Below are positions 1 through 10,826 of a DNA stretch of 64,000 bases, one piece after another. The notes under the pieces were generated by a model. That model did not search any database and was not told where the DNA came from. It saw only the letters and a program-made list of their open reading frames with translations. The DNA is from Minutocellus sp. GHC0000111. Lineage: Eukaryota. How positions within the stretch are numbered: the first letter of the stretch is position 1; every line of letters begins with the position of its first letter. Position numbers and translations under genes: made by a program. The stretch covers positions 620,001 to 684,000 of the forward strand of contig OZ361260.1 of assembly GCA_977018835.1 (NCBI GenBank), written 5' to 3'.

Positions 1-31
1 TCCCGTCTTTTTGTTCCAAACCAAATGGTAG

Positions 32-2669
32 CATCAACTACACCAACGAGGCCTTGCAGCAGCAATTCAATAATTTTGTCCTAAAAGTCGAACAAGAGGA
101 GTACAAGCGCGAGGGAATAGAATGGGCTTTCGTCGACTTTCCCGACAATCAAGACTGTCTGGAACTGATTGGAAAGAAGGGGAGTGGCATTATCCCCATT
201 CTTGACGACATGTGTAAGGCCGTCGGTATGACAGATAGTACATTCTGCCATGCTATCTACCAAAAGTGCGAATCTCATCCTCGCTTTGAGGTTAGTCTCT
301 TGCAGAAAGGATCCAAATGCTTTGCTATCCGACATTACGCCGGGGCTGTTGAATATGATACGCAAACTGGCTGGGTAGAAAAGGATCGAGACGAAGTGCC
401 AAAATTCACCCTCAAGTTGATGAAAGGTTCCTCAAATACATTTGTCAAGAGGTTGGGTGATATCATCGGCGGCGCGGACGTTGCCTCTGTAATAGGTGGC
501 GCAGGAAAGTCTCGCCGAGCCCCTCCCAAAAGCGGCAACAATGGTTCTTCAGCCGGGAAAAGACTGACAGTCGGTGCTCAATTTTCCCAACAACTTGCAG
601 AGCTGCGAGCAAAGATTGATCTTACCTCACCGCATTATGCTCGCTGTATCAAGCCAAATGATGCGCTTATGCCCGATCATTTTGACCCAGTTCCAGTCGT
701 CGATCAATTGCGGTGCAACGGTGTCATAGAAGCTATAAGGGTCTCGCGCTTGGGATACCCACAGCGGTTTTCTCATGCACTCTTTGCCAGCCGTTATCGT
801 ATCTTGGGAATCAAGACGATGAAAGATGCGCAACGGAGCTCACGGAAGCAGAGACCCGTTGACCTTATAGTTCAGGCCGTGGCTGCCGAGGTCAAAGACG
901 AAGAAATCGAGGGAATTCAAGTTGGCCGCAGCAAAGTGTTTCTGAGACAAGCAGCATACGATACCATGGAAAGATTGCGCAGTATCAAAATCCGCCTTGC
1001 CGCCATTATGATCCAAAAGGAGGCCCGGAGATATGTGGCCGAAAGAGACTATCACATTATTCACTTTCTTGCTGTCAAGCTGGAATGTCTTGTCCGTCGA
1101 TATCTTGCCATTGCTAAGTTCGGCAGGATGCTGCAAGCTCGCAAGGCTCGTTGTGCGACATTGATTCAGGCCTGTTGGCGGAAACATGCTGGCCGCAGAA
1201 AGTTTCAGAGGACCGTCACGTCCATTGTGCTAATTCAGAGCATGATGCGAAAACACAAAGCTCGCAGGTCCTTTGTCGCTCAAAAACAACATGCAACGGC
1301 AATTCAGGCAATAGTACGGAGGACTATAGCTTCTCAACGAGTTGATAACATGCGCCAAATCAGAGAACATGACAAGAAGGCTAATGCCGAAGCCAAGGCA
1401 GCCGCCACTGATGGAGTACAACGAGAATCGAAGGATTCCAATGAATTAACAGCGCCAAGCAAGATTTCTTCGGCGCCGTTGACGCAGGTGGTTGAGATTG
1501 GCGTTGAAGAATCCAATTTGTCTGCAATTGTTCCGGCCGAAAGGGCGTCCATATCATTGGTGCGCGATCTTACTTCTCATCCTCCAAAAGCCCCTCCAAT
1601 TCCTGTCGCCGATTCCGCCGAGCTAGTTAGTATGCGAAAAGAGCTTGAGCAGTTGAGAACGGAACTCAATGAGAAGAAAAGTGTCGAGAAGAATATTATG
1701 GTTCAACTTGATAAAATCTCGAGAGAGAACTCTGAGCTCAAAGCACAGGCTGACCTGGCAGTATCATTGCGAGGCGATAACATGGAAGTGTCGAAGACCA
1801 TATCTTCCCTCAAGTCCTCTTTGGCCGAGAAGGATGCAGCTCTAAACGAAGCGAGAGTTGAATTAAAGGTAGCTGAGCGCGACCTTGCATCAGCAAACAA
1901 GGCCCTCTCTGAGAGCAAGGCGGAATGTCAGCAGCTTAAGCTCGACATTAGCAAGGCACGAGAGAAGGGTGACAAGTCCGCGGAAGACTTGTCTGAGCGG
2001 TACGCCGAGCTGGCAAGTATTACCCAGGCCATGCTGCGAAAGGACACCGAAATCTCTGAGCTCAAGGCTCGGCATGAGAAGGTGATCATTAAAAAAGACA
2101 AACAAATCAAGAGATTGCAAAAGGAGGCCGAGCAGGAAGATGCGACCATTTTCGGCTTAAACTGAGAAAATGCCGAGCTCAAGAGTGAGTTGGAGACGAA
2201 GGTCGATGTTGCTGAGGAAGAAATTGAGAGCCTTAATGCTACGATCGCAAAGCTTAAGAAGAAAGCGAAAAAATACGACAAGCTACAGGACGATACGAAG
2301 ACTGTCTATACCAATTACGTCGACGAATTATCAGCATTACGCGAGGTCAACGAAATCCTTCGTAACGACGTCGAGCGCTGGGAGGCCAAGGCAACGGCGG
2401 CCGAAGAAGAGGCGACGCAAGTCAAAGAGCAGTCTGACATGGAGCTAAACTCGTTCACCAATGCGCTCGAAAGAATGGAGGAACTTCGGGCTGACACCGA
2501 ACAAGAATTAGTAGATGCACGCCTAGCCATCGGAGATTTGGAAGCTGAGCAAAGACTATGCACGTGCAAGTTCGAGAGAGAGGCCGCTAGGAAGCCCGAA
2601 CCACTGAATTCTTGGGTCATCATCTGCCCTTCCCTCGTAGCCGTCATCCCGAGCGAGGGGAACTCGTAG
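32..2669 (+). CDS. Unconventional myosin, 3' part (end of motor domain, IQ repeats, coiled-coil tail); in-frame TGA at 2163-2165
   Basis: Acceptor tag at 29-31, then INYTNEALQQQFN; motor motifs FAIRHYAGAVEY, HYARCIKPND, QLRCNGVIEAIR, VGRSKVFLR; several IQxxxR motifs. ORFs 54-2165 and 2190-2669 share one frame, separated by a single TGA. The 5' exons lie outside the window. Confidence 0.93.
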
Positions 2670-2713
2670 GTAGCCATTGGATATATATAATTACGTAGCA
2701 AATCTCACTTGGT

Positions 2714-2739
2714 TTATATATACATATATATATATATAT
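2714..2739. repeat. (TA)n microsatellite
   Basis: ttatatatacatatatatatatatat between two convergent genes. Confidence 0.8.
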
Positions 2740-2853
2740 GTAAATGTTAATGATAATTATGTTGGATCCGGCCATCTCGATCATATTTCAGACCTTTTAC
2801 CACGCAAAACTCCGCATTTTAAATTTTTGTCATCCTAGAATCCCTCACAAATG

Positions 2854-5100
2854 CTAATCACTGCCACTGTCGTACTCAGAGAGCTCTCCCCGCTTCTTCA
2901 TTGTACGATAACAATCTTTAATCTGCACCGAGGTTCGATCACGAAGTTCCATAGCCCAATCACTCTTGATGAGGGCCCAGCGCCCCACGCCATGTTCGGC
3001 GATGCCCTGTCTAACAGCTTCCTTCTCTTCATCCGTCCACCGCTTGCGTTTCTTGCCGCCACTGCGAGGAACATTGACACCCCGATTGCTCTGAGGCTGG
3101 ATGCGAGGTACCGGCGAGGAAACAGCCTTGCTCTTGGCCGACGGACTTGGGATTTCTTCATCATCAGAACTACTACTGTCGTCCTTGCCTGCACTCGTGT
3201 CCTCATACTCGCTTGATGAAGAGGACGTACAAAGCTTTGTGCCGGTGAGGCGTGGGGTCCGCTTGGGCGACTTGGAGGTAGCGCCAGTTCCACCACGTGG
3301 AGTTTTCTTGGCTGCTGAGGAGGATGCCGATGTGGCGGTAGTAGCCTTTCTACTCTTCTTCCGCTGTCGCAGGGCAACATCCTCGTCAGTACTTTCCTCG
3401 TCGCTGCTGTCGTCATACCTCAGCCGAGGATGCTTCTTACCGGCCGGAGGAGCGGCCTTGGGTTTCTTGTCGTTGTCATCATCAGAACTATCACTGGCAA
3501 GCGATGAATCTTCCTTCGTCGCCCGCGTCTGGGTAGATTTCCTCTCGGGAGATCCCTTGTAATCAAGATCAGAGTCATTTTGAATTCCTCTGGGAGGAGG
3601 TGATCGCCTCACGGGCGTTTTCCCACTACTTTTCTTTCTGCGACGAGATGCTGTGGCCGGCGCCTTTCTACCGCTATCGGCAGAGGCGGCAGGCTTCTTG
3701 CTCGAGGAACGCGTGGCGGCCACAGCAGCGACAGCAGATTCCGTGATAACATTCGATAGAGACTTGTTCTTGAAGTCAGCCGCACGACGGGTAAGTCGCG
3801 AGGGGGTCACTTGAACGTCGTCCTTCGCGCCTTTGATCTCCTCCTCTTCTTCATCACTGGAAGAAGGAGCTTCATTGCGATCGAATCCCGGTGGAGCTTG
3901 AGTGAGAAGAGGCTGGCTCTCGTCGATATCCGACTCTTCTTCTTCGGCATCTTCGTCGTCACCGATGTGCACACCGACCTCAACATCACTATCGACGTCG
4001 TCAAACATGGGCTTGGGTACGGTGGCCTCATCATCGTGATCGTCGTCATCATCATCAGCAATTGGCATATCATCATCGTCTTGATCTCCAGCCCCAGAAA
4101 CCACTTCCTCTGTATCTTGTTCCACGGCCTTGTCATGCCCAGCAGAAACGGCAGCATCTTCCATCTCTACATCTTCAGAGGGTGCTGTTACAGGCACCGA
4201 TCTCTCATTCAGCGGTTGCGTGGCATAACCGCACGAGACCAATGCTGGTAGATCTAGAACAGCGCTGCACCAACCTCGAAGCAAAGATTCTAATTCTGTT
4301 CTGAGCTTGGTGAGCAGTCCTAGTTCCACTTCCTCAAGTCGGACGAGACACTTCTCGGCCCATTTCTCAGCGACATGTTCCAGCCCGTTGGTCAAGTAGG
4401 AAGAGAATTCTTTGATCGTCTTCCGTACAGCGGCAAAGGCCGCGGCATTGATGGCATCACCCTCCGCAGTATCCGCGGTAGGAGAAGAAAGGAGCTTCGT
4501 GATACTATCGAGGTAGCCATCGATGCGCAACTGAACCTGTCGCTTCTTCTTGGCCAACTCCGTCTTGGTTGGAGGCTTTGGCTTGACAGGAGAGGCACCT
4601 GAACGAGTACGAGGGCGGTCGGTTGCAGCTGCTGCAGCAGCAGCTTCAACGCCAACTGCTTCAATTTCACCCTCAACGATGCTTGTTAGCGTAGCCTTGA
4701 GACCACTCAGTGTTCGGTGCAATTCCAGCTGGTCCAAGATATTATCGTACGAGAACTCGAACACATCGAGGTCCTTGCGCTGCTCATCATGATCCACATC
4801 GATCAAACTATTGACAACATCGTCGTGGTGGCTTTCGATGGCTTGAACTGTTGCAGGTGCAAGCGCCATTTGGGCCGAAGGGCTGCAGAGAGTCAGAATT
4901 TGTTGGTTGGCATCTTTTCGCAGCAGGCTGTCCTTCCCGTTGCGCAGAGCCTTGATGATCCTACCCCACTCCTTCTCGCCGTACAGCGAAAGGGGTACAT
5001 CGACGCACATAGTCCGAGCCTTGGTATTCCGAGGAAGCGTTTTCGCATCAACTGTGGGTTTTGTCACAGGATGGGCACAAATGGTCAATACCACTTCCAT
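2854..5100 (-). CDS. Telomere-repeat-binding-factor-like protein with C-terminal single Myb (telobox-like) domain
   Basis: 748-aa ORF with helical N-terminus, long acidic/Ser-rich linker and C-terminal KRKRWTDEEKEAVRQGIAEHGVGRWALIK...RTSVQIKDCYRTM. Confidence 0.8.
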   Translation of the reverse strand: MEVVLTICAHPVTKPTVDAKTLPRNTKARTMCVDVPLSLYGEKEWGRIIKALRNGKDSLLRKDANQQILTLCSPSAQMALAPATVQAIESHHDDVVNSLIDVDHDEQRKDLDVFEFSYDNILDQLELHRTLSGLKATLTSIVEGEIEAVGVEAAAAAAATDRPRTRSGASPVKPKPPTKTELAKKKRQVQLRIDGYLDSITKLLSSPTADTAEGDAINAAAFAAVRKTIKEFSSYLTNGLEHVAEKWAEKCLVRLEEVELGLLTKLRTELESLLRGWCSAVLDLPALVSCGYATQPLNERSVPVTAPSEDVEMEDAAVSAGHDKAVEQDTEEVVSGAGDQDDDDMPIADDDDDDHDDEATVPKPMFDDVDSDVEVGVHIGDDEDAEEEESDIDESQPLLTQAPPGFDRNEAPSSSDEEEEEIKGAKDDVQVTPSRLTRRAADFKNKSLSNVITESAVAAVAATRSSSKKPAASADSGRKAPATASRRRKKSSGKTPVRRSPPPRGIQNDSDLDYKGSPERKSTQTRATKEDSSLASDSSDDDNDKKPKAAPPAGKKHPRLRYDDSSDEESTDEDVALRQRKKSRKATTATSASSSAAKKTPRGGTGATSKSPKRTPRLTGTKLCTSSSSSEYEDTSAGKDDSSSSDDEEIPSPSAKSKAVSSPVPRIQPQSNRGVNVPRSGGKKRKRWTDEEKEAVRQGIAEHGVGRWALIKSDWAMELRDRTSVQIKDCYRTMKKRGELSEYDSGSD

Positions 5101-5204
5101 GATGGTAAAATAGCTGTGGAGCCGTCCGTTTTCGTATGTAGCCCCAAGACGATCCTGCGTTCAAGAGATTGCAATATGCGTTGGGTGATGATATACAGAT
5201 ATGG

Positions 5205-5612
5205 TTAGATCAATGGATAGGATGGTAATGTACTCGGGCCAAAAATATCGCGTTCACATGAAAATCTTTTGTCCAACAAACCAAATCGACTCACGAGAAA
5301 GTAATTGAGATGTGCCGACTTGTCGAACCTGGTCCCCATCGCCACCTCATCCGGGCCGTCTCCCTCGGCAAAGATGATATTGTAGCAAAGGGCCTCGGTC
5401 ATATCGACCATCATTTGCGACTGGGCAAGGAGGGATCGGTACGTTTCCCCGTAGGGAAAGGGAACGGTTGTTGCTGTAGTTGCCACAGCGGCTGCCGCGG
5501 TTGTGGAATCTTCTTCGTTCTCCTTGCCGGAAACACCCGACACATCGCTCACGGAAGCGCCGGGATCGCCGGAAACGGATACCTCCTGGGCCGCCAGCAT
5601 CCTTGTGGGCAT
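5205..5612 (-). CDS. Hypothetical protein or terminal exon of unknown function
   Basis: 135-aa ORF preceded by a branch-point/acceptor-like ctaac...cag. No family recognised and no convincing upstream exon found. Confidence 0.35.
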   Translation of the reverse strand: MPTRMLAAQEVSVSGDPGASVSDVSGVSGKENEEDSTTAAAAVATTATTVPFPYGETYRSLLAQSQMMVDMTEALCYNIIFAEGDGPDEVAMGTRFDKSAHLNYFLVSRFGLLDKRFSCERDIFGPSTLPSYPLI

Positions 5613-5838
5613 CCTGGTGGTTGATTAGTTAGATTAGGAATTGCCAGGTGGAGCTAATTGATATGCAATGTTCCCTTTGCCGCTGTATCTTGCTTCTCGA
5701 AAAAACGGCACAGCCTTGCCCACGCGTGCGTTGTGTCGACTGTGTCAATTTCTGTCGCGTCTCTCGGTTGACGGACGAACCTTCACACATTTGTCCGTCC
5801 GTCGACCGTAATTCATACCGCTCGAAGCAACGAGCATA

Positions 5839-6316
5839 CAGTCCGTTCTCACCTATAAGCAATTGGTAATTGCTTAGGTGAGGGCTGAGATTTTGCTTTA
5901 TGCTAAGCAATTTGAGGCCTCGTCGCTGGGCAATTGCTTAGTTTCAGAGCTGTTCCAGCAGTTTGCGTCATCTCGGAAACAGCTGGAATGATGATGGAGA
6001 TTACATCCCTCAGGATTTTGGCGAGAGGACGGAGTTTCATGCCTGTCCAAGGAAGACTTCGATACTCTTGCTACTGGCGAGGACATCGGCGTCAGTCTAA
6101 GCGCTTGGTCTGCTGTTAAGCTGGAGTGAGGAAATTTCGACCTTTGTTTGACTTTACTAGCTAATTGTTACTATGTGCATATAGCAATTTGATTAAGCAT
6201 CTGCCACGTCATCGCAATTTAAGCAATTGCTTAGCCCAGACCCCAATTTTTTGAAGTAGTAAGCAATTTGAGGGCTCGGGCCGAGAGCTCAATTGCTTGT
6301 AGGTGAGAACGGACTG
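5839..6316. mobile_element. MITE (Tc1/mariner/pogo-type, non-autonomous), 478 bp
   Basis: 27-bp TIRs CAGTCCGTTCTCACCTA(T/C)AAGCAATTG at 5839-5865 and 6290-6316 (1 mismatch); TA at 5837-5838 and 6317-6318; repeated subterminal AGCAATT/AATTGCT motifs; no long ORF. Confidence 0.93.
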
Positions 6317-6480
6317 TATGGGCCAATGTAGACCTACCAATGGTACAGCAGTCTCCTACATGTAAAAGGAAAGTCTTAGCTTACTTCGGTACTCTATAGA
6401 ATTATTCTACACCTATTATGCAGCCCACATCTACAACACATGAGATACATTTAATCAGATCATTTAGATCTACATGTAAG

Positions 6481-7401
6481 TCAGCAACAAGCGACGACAA
6501 AAGCAAACACTGCTGAGATCGATTGAATTTGCCTCTCTTCTTCATCGAAATCCTCAGCTTCGCCACCCTGATCATCTTTCTCCTCCAATAAGGTTGACAC
6601 GTTGACATTATTATCTACTTCCTGCTGCGATACATGTACAGTATCAATACCGGCATATTCACTCCCATTCACTCCAACGCCTTCGACAGCCAAAGTGCCA
6701 TCCTCCCCCCCTACATCTTGATTGTTCACTTCTCCTTCTTCGACTTCTAGGTTCCATTGGTTCCATTGGACGTCGTCCTTTTCCTCACACACAGTGGGCA
6801 CGTCATGATTCTTATGCACCTCGTCATATCCTTCCCGAATAAAGGCCGAAACAACCTTGGCATGGGCTTGGACGAGGCCGATGGCACACTTGTTGATTCC
6901 ATACTGCTCTACAACAACTCCCATTCCGTCATCTCGCTCGTGGTACTCCGTCGTGTGCGAATCGCGCATGTCAAACACCTTGACGAACAGGTCATCCCAC
7001 TGACGAATCCTGCCCGAGGACTCCAGAAGCGCCGACTTTTCGGCAACGTGCTGCTTGATCCATGCCGACACCTTCTCATTTTCGGACCACGTGGTGGTGC
7101 TAATTCCATCGTCGGTCATGTTGACAATGCGTTGGATATCGTGCCGGTTGTCGACGAGATTGTGAATGGTTGCCATTCCAGATCGACCTCCACCCATTCC
7201 CATTCCCATGCCTCCACCTCCCATGTGGCCACCACCACCGCCACCGCCTTTCCCCATGCCCATCTGAAGGAATCGATGGCCCCTCAGAAAAAAATCAGAT
7301 GGGTCTGTACTTCCCGGCTCATCGACGACAGCAGCACAGGCCGGATAGATCGCAGAAGATGAAAGTAGCGCGATGAAAAGGAGAGCTGTACGTGAGGTCA
7401 T
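6481..7401 (-). CDS. Secreted, possibly GPI-anchored protein with Gly/Met-rich tract and a bacterial-like domain of unknown function
   Basis: Signal peptide, LRGHRFLQ (RxL), MGMGKGGGG tract, globular core, acidic linker, hydrophobic C-terminus; intronless. Confidence 0.75.
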   Translation of the reverse strand: MTSRTALLFIALLSSSAIYPACAAVVDEPGSTDPSDFFLRGHRFLQMGMGKGGGGGGGHMGGGGMGMGMGGGRSGMATIHNLVDNRHDIQRIVNMTDDGISTTTWSENEKVSAWIKQHVAEKSALLESSGRIRQWDDLFVKVFDMRDSHTTEYHERDDGMGVVVEQYGINKCAIGLVQAHAKVVSAFIREGYDEVHKNHDVPTVCEEKDDVQWNQWNLEVEEGEVNNQDVGGEDGTLAVEGVGVNGSEYAGIDTVHVSQQEVDNNVNVSTLLEEKDDQGGEAEDFDEEERQIQSISAVFAFVVACC

Positions 7402-7720
7402 TTTTTTTACTTGAAATGTTTGTCAATTAACAGTTTGTGTAGAAAATGAGAGATAGCACAGCCGATAGCGACAACACCGATGCGATGGAAGCAGCTTCGA
7501 GAAGCAAAGGCGGCACCAATGCGAAGGCAAATGGCCCACTCGGGTAAACTTTTGAGATTGGAGCAGATCAGAGTGGTTTCGAAGCCGAAAGATCTGAAAC
7601 GAGCACAGGTCGATTGTCCGTGCGAAAATCATTGGTTCACCTCCGCTCTGATAGCAATGCAGCAAGACATTATTATTTTTGGGCGCTATCCTCCCCGCCG
7701 CCTCACATTTCACCACCAAA

Positions 7721-9134
7721 ATGAGAATCGATAAGTCTCTGCATGGTCCTATCGACCAGCTGGCTAGCGCCCTCGCGCTGAATTGTCTGCAGCTTGGTGA
7801 GTCTGCTTCTTGAGTTAGCACCAACACTTATTGCCTCAATCTAAACTAATTGTTATTTTCCTTGTTGCAATGTATGTGCAGGATGTGGCATCCAGGATGA
7901 TCCACCGGTGGAGTATTGTTGTGAAAATGCCGATTGGATGACGAAGCTCACGGCAGCCTCACCAGACCTAAAGCTGAGAGATGTCGCCATCCCTGGAACT
8001 CACGATAGCGCCAGTTCCACCATCCAAAAGATGCAGCCCTTCGCTGCAGTCGGACGAACGCAGAATGTGTCCATCTACGACCAACTCCAGCGCGGTGCTC
8101 GCTATCTCGACATTCGTGTAGGTGGAGGCGATGGCCCGACAGACATCTGCATCTTCCATGGATTCCTCAAGGGAGGGAAGTTTTCCACCGTTCTCGACGA
8201 GATCACTCGCTTCGTCAATGAAAATCCTGGCGAATTCCTTTTTTTGGATATTGTCCTCGAATATGGTCGGGAAATGACGGAGCAGCAGAGAGTTCATCTG
8301 TTCGATACCATCAAGACCGCCTGTGGATCCAACATGATTACGACAGAGGATAAAAAGAAATGGTGCAAGTACGGACAGGTTACTCTCGGAGAGCTTGCAG
8401 AGCACAAGAAGAACTATTTCGTTCTGGTCCATGATCGAATTTTTGGGTTTTCCCATAACGGCGTCGTGCACGACGAAGACCACATCAAAGAGAAATATGG
8501 CTTCTTTCGTTCCAATCGCGCTTTGCGTAATAAATGGCACAATACGCGTGACCTGGACCAACTTCTCAAGAGCAACGAGGAGGAATTGGAAGAGTATAAG
8601 GGCAAGAGGAACATGTTCCACAATGCGAGCTACGTGTTCACACCAGGCGTAGGGGGGCCCACCGATATTCTTCACATGTTGGTTGGCCTCAAGAGCTTAA
8701 GACCAGTTTCCTTTGCAAGAATCCTGTACAAATACGATGTTCTTGACGATCACCTTCGAGCCAAAGCTGACGAACCATTCAATCTCGTGACCTTTGACTT
8801 TATCGACTTGGCACCTGCACTCGTTTGCTTTCTCATTGGACTGAACTTTCCCTCAAAGCTGGAAGTAATGGAGGCCAAGGTTGCTGGTGGAGGACAGGAC
8901 AGCATCGATGTTACCGAAAAGATCAAGACATACACCAAGAGAGGCAATTGTCTCTACCTGACCAACATCCAGCAGGATCTGGCTTTGGACTTTGCCGTTG
9001 GCGATCTTTCCATTACTTTCAAGTTTGACGACGAGAGCAAGCCCCAACGCCACGACATTTCCTTCGATGAGGACACGGAATACCTCTTGCACAGATATCA
9101 CCACAACGAAGGCAACATGTGTGTGGTCGATTGA
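7721..9134 (+). CDS. Phosphatidylinositol-specific phospholipase C X-domain protein (2 exons; intron 7797-7881)
   Basis: IPGTHDS, QNVSIYDQLQRGARYLDIR and FHG motifs; the gtgagt...tgcag intron joins exon 7721-7796 in frame. Confidence 0.9.
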
Positions 9135-9595
9135 GAAAGATGGCATGGGAGAACAATTCCGAGTAGATACATGTAGATAACCTGACAATTAGAGACGAAT
9201 CGAATCTTTGTTTACAGATTCTGAGAGGATGAAGCACTTTTTGCTTGCTTGCTCTAGCTAGTCTACATGCATTGCATGCATGCTTGCTTTTTGGGCGATC
9301 GATCGATATCGATAGGAATTCCTACCAATCTCCCGGTTATGGGTGCACCCTGCAACCCTCATTCATCATTCATCGCGCTCGCTCTGCCTTGCTTACGAGG
9401 TCCGGGACAGCAATTTCGGGGACCCGGGTTTTTGGGTCTTTGGACTTTCCGACACGGCGGTTTGCGCGCACCTTGAAAAACACGCGGCAAAGCAAGCAAA
9501 TCAAAACACACCCGTCAACAACCGACCTCCAAGCAATTACCACAAATAGACTGGGCAACTTCTGCCGACTGGCGCTTCAAGAAGCTTCCATACTC

Positions 9596-10731
9596 ATGGA
9601 TACTCCAAAGGGACACATCTTCAGTCCACCGCGTCCACCGAAACGCGCCGAGGCGACTGCATTCAGCCCCTCGCGCCATGAGAAGGAAACTTCCAACGAA
9701 ACGCCGGAACATCCGCGGTATCGAGAGAACAAGGACAACGATGACGAGGAGGACAACCAAGGGGTCCCACCGGCATCGTCAGACCTCACATCTCCTCGTG
9801 TGTTGAAATATCGACGCGAGTACAACGAAGAGGATGGCTTCGCCGCCGAACAAGCCCAAGCAAGGAAGTACTTGCATCATGACATGTTGCGTGCCGACTT
9901 TCGCGGTACCGCTACCGTTTCATCTCATTCTGATGAAGATGATTCATTCTCAGAGATGAGCATAGCAACCGCCGACGCCAAGCCAAGCGGCGAGAGGAGA
10001 AAGCCCGTGAGCTCACTCGACCTTCCCTCCGCCACGCCCATGGTAACAAGTCCAATGTCAGTTCATACTCAGTATGCTCTTACCCCAAGCCGCTCATGCC
10101 CGTCGTTCAGCAACCTTCAATTGTCATCCCCTACCATCTTGGAGCCCTTGCCTCCAACCGAACCAACCGAACGACAGATTGAACGAGAGGTTGAGGAACA
10201 TCGGAGGCTTGCGTGCTTTTTGACGTACGGAGAAGCACCACTACCACAAGATATAAAGAACTACAAGTCACCCACATGTAGTCAGAGGCCCGAACCAAGA
10301 AGAAAAGAGAAAGGGGTCTACCTCCCCTTCAAACAAGTTCCTGGTTGGGGTAGCGAGGTCGCGGTCACCACAGTGCTAGGCATGATCGAAGTCGATCGCC
10401 AAGTAAGAGAGGGTCGTGGTGCCTACCCGAAAGGGTGGAGAAGCAGAGAACTCGGATTGTATGATAACAAGACAATAGAATTCTCTTTGCATTATCTACT
10501 GACAAGATTGCATTAGATGCATATAAGTTGGGATATGAGGATGGGAGTAAACAACCAACTGCTCACCCTGCCCTCACTGACAATAAACTTGCCTATGCAT
10601 ATGGTGTGAAGCGCGGAAAGATTCGTCAGTCCCTCCACGCTGTGTGGCTTTCTGATGATCATAAGAAGGCCAAGGAGGCAAAAAAGAATACCGGTAGAAA
10701 TAGAAGAACAAAGAAGCCCACCGTGATATAA
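9596..10731 (+). CDS. Second (passenger/accessory) gene of the mariner element, ~378 aa, unknown function; frameshift near 10465
   Basis: ATG at 9596 inside the left TIR boundary. Frame 1 runs to 10516. A second frame opens at 10468 (QDNRILFALSTDKIALDAYKLGYEDG...) and ends in basic KKAKEAKKNTGRNRRTKKP at 10731. Confidence 0.6.
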
Positions 10732-10826
10732 ACAAACCAATGCTGCTGCATCTTACATGTAGATCTATAAATAATTTGTAGACGTGTAACATTTATTTAA
10801 TACATGTGTAAAGATATTAATACTAT

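Noticed and set aside
2163..2165. Selenocysteine codon in myosin
   Set aside because: The context is a coiled coil rather than a redox motif, no SECIS was recognised, and Arg is the more plausible original residue.
9596..10731. Fanzor/TnpB cargo in the mariner
   Set aside because: No RuvC-I D-P/L-G, RuvC-II Glu, CxxC zinc finger or RD-x-N motif is visible, and the gene is not followed by a TIR-proximal RNA-like region.
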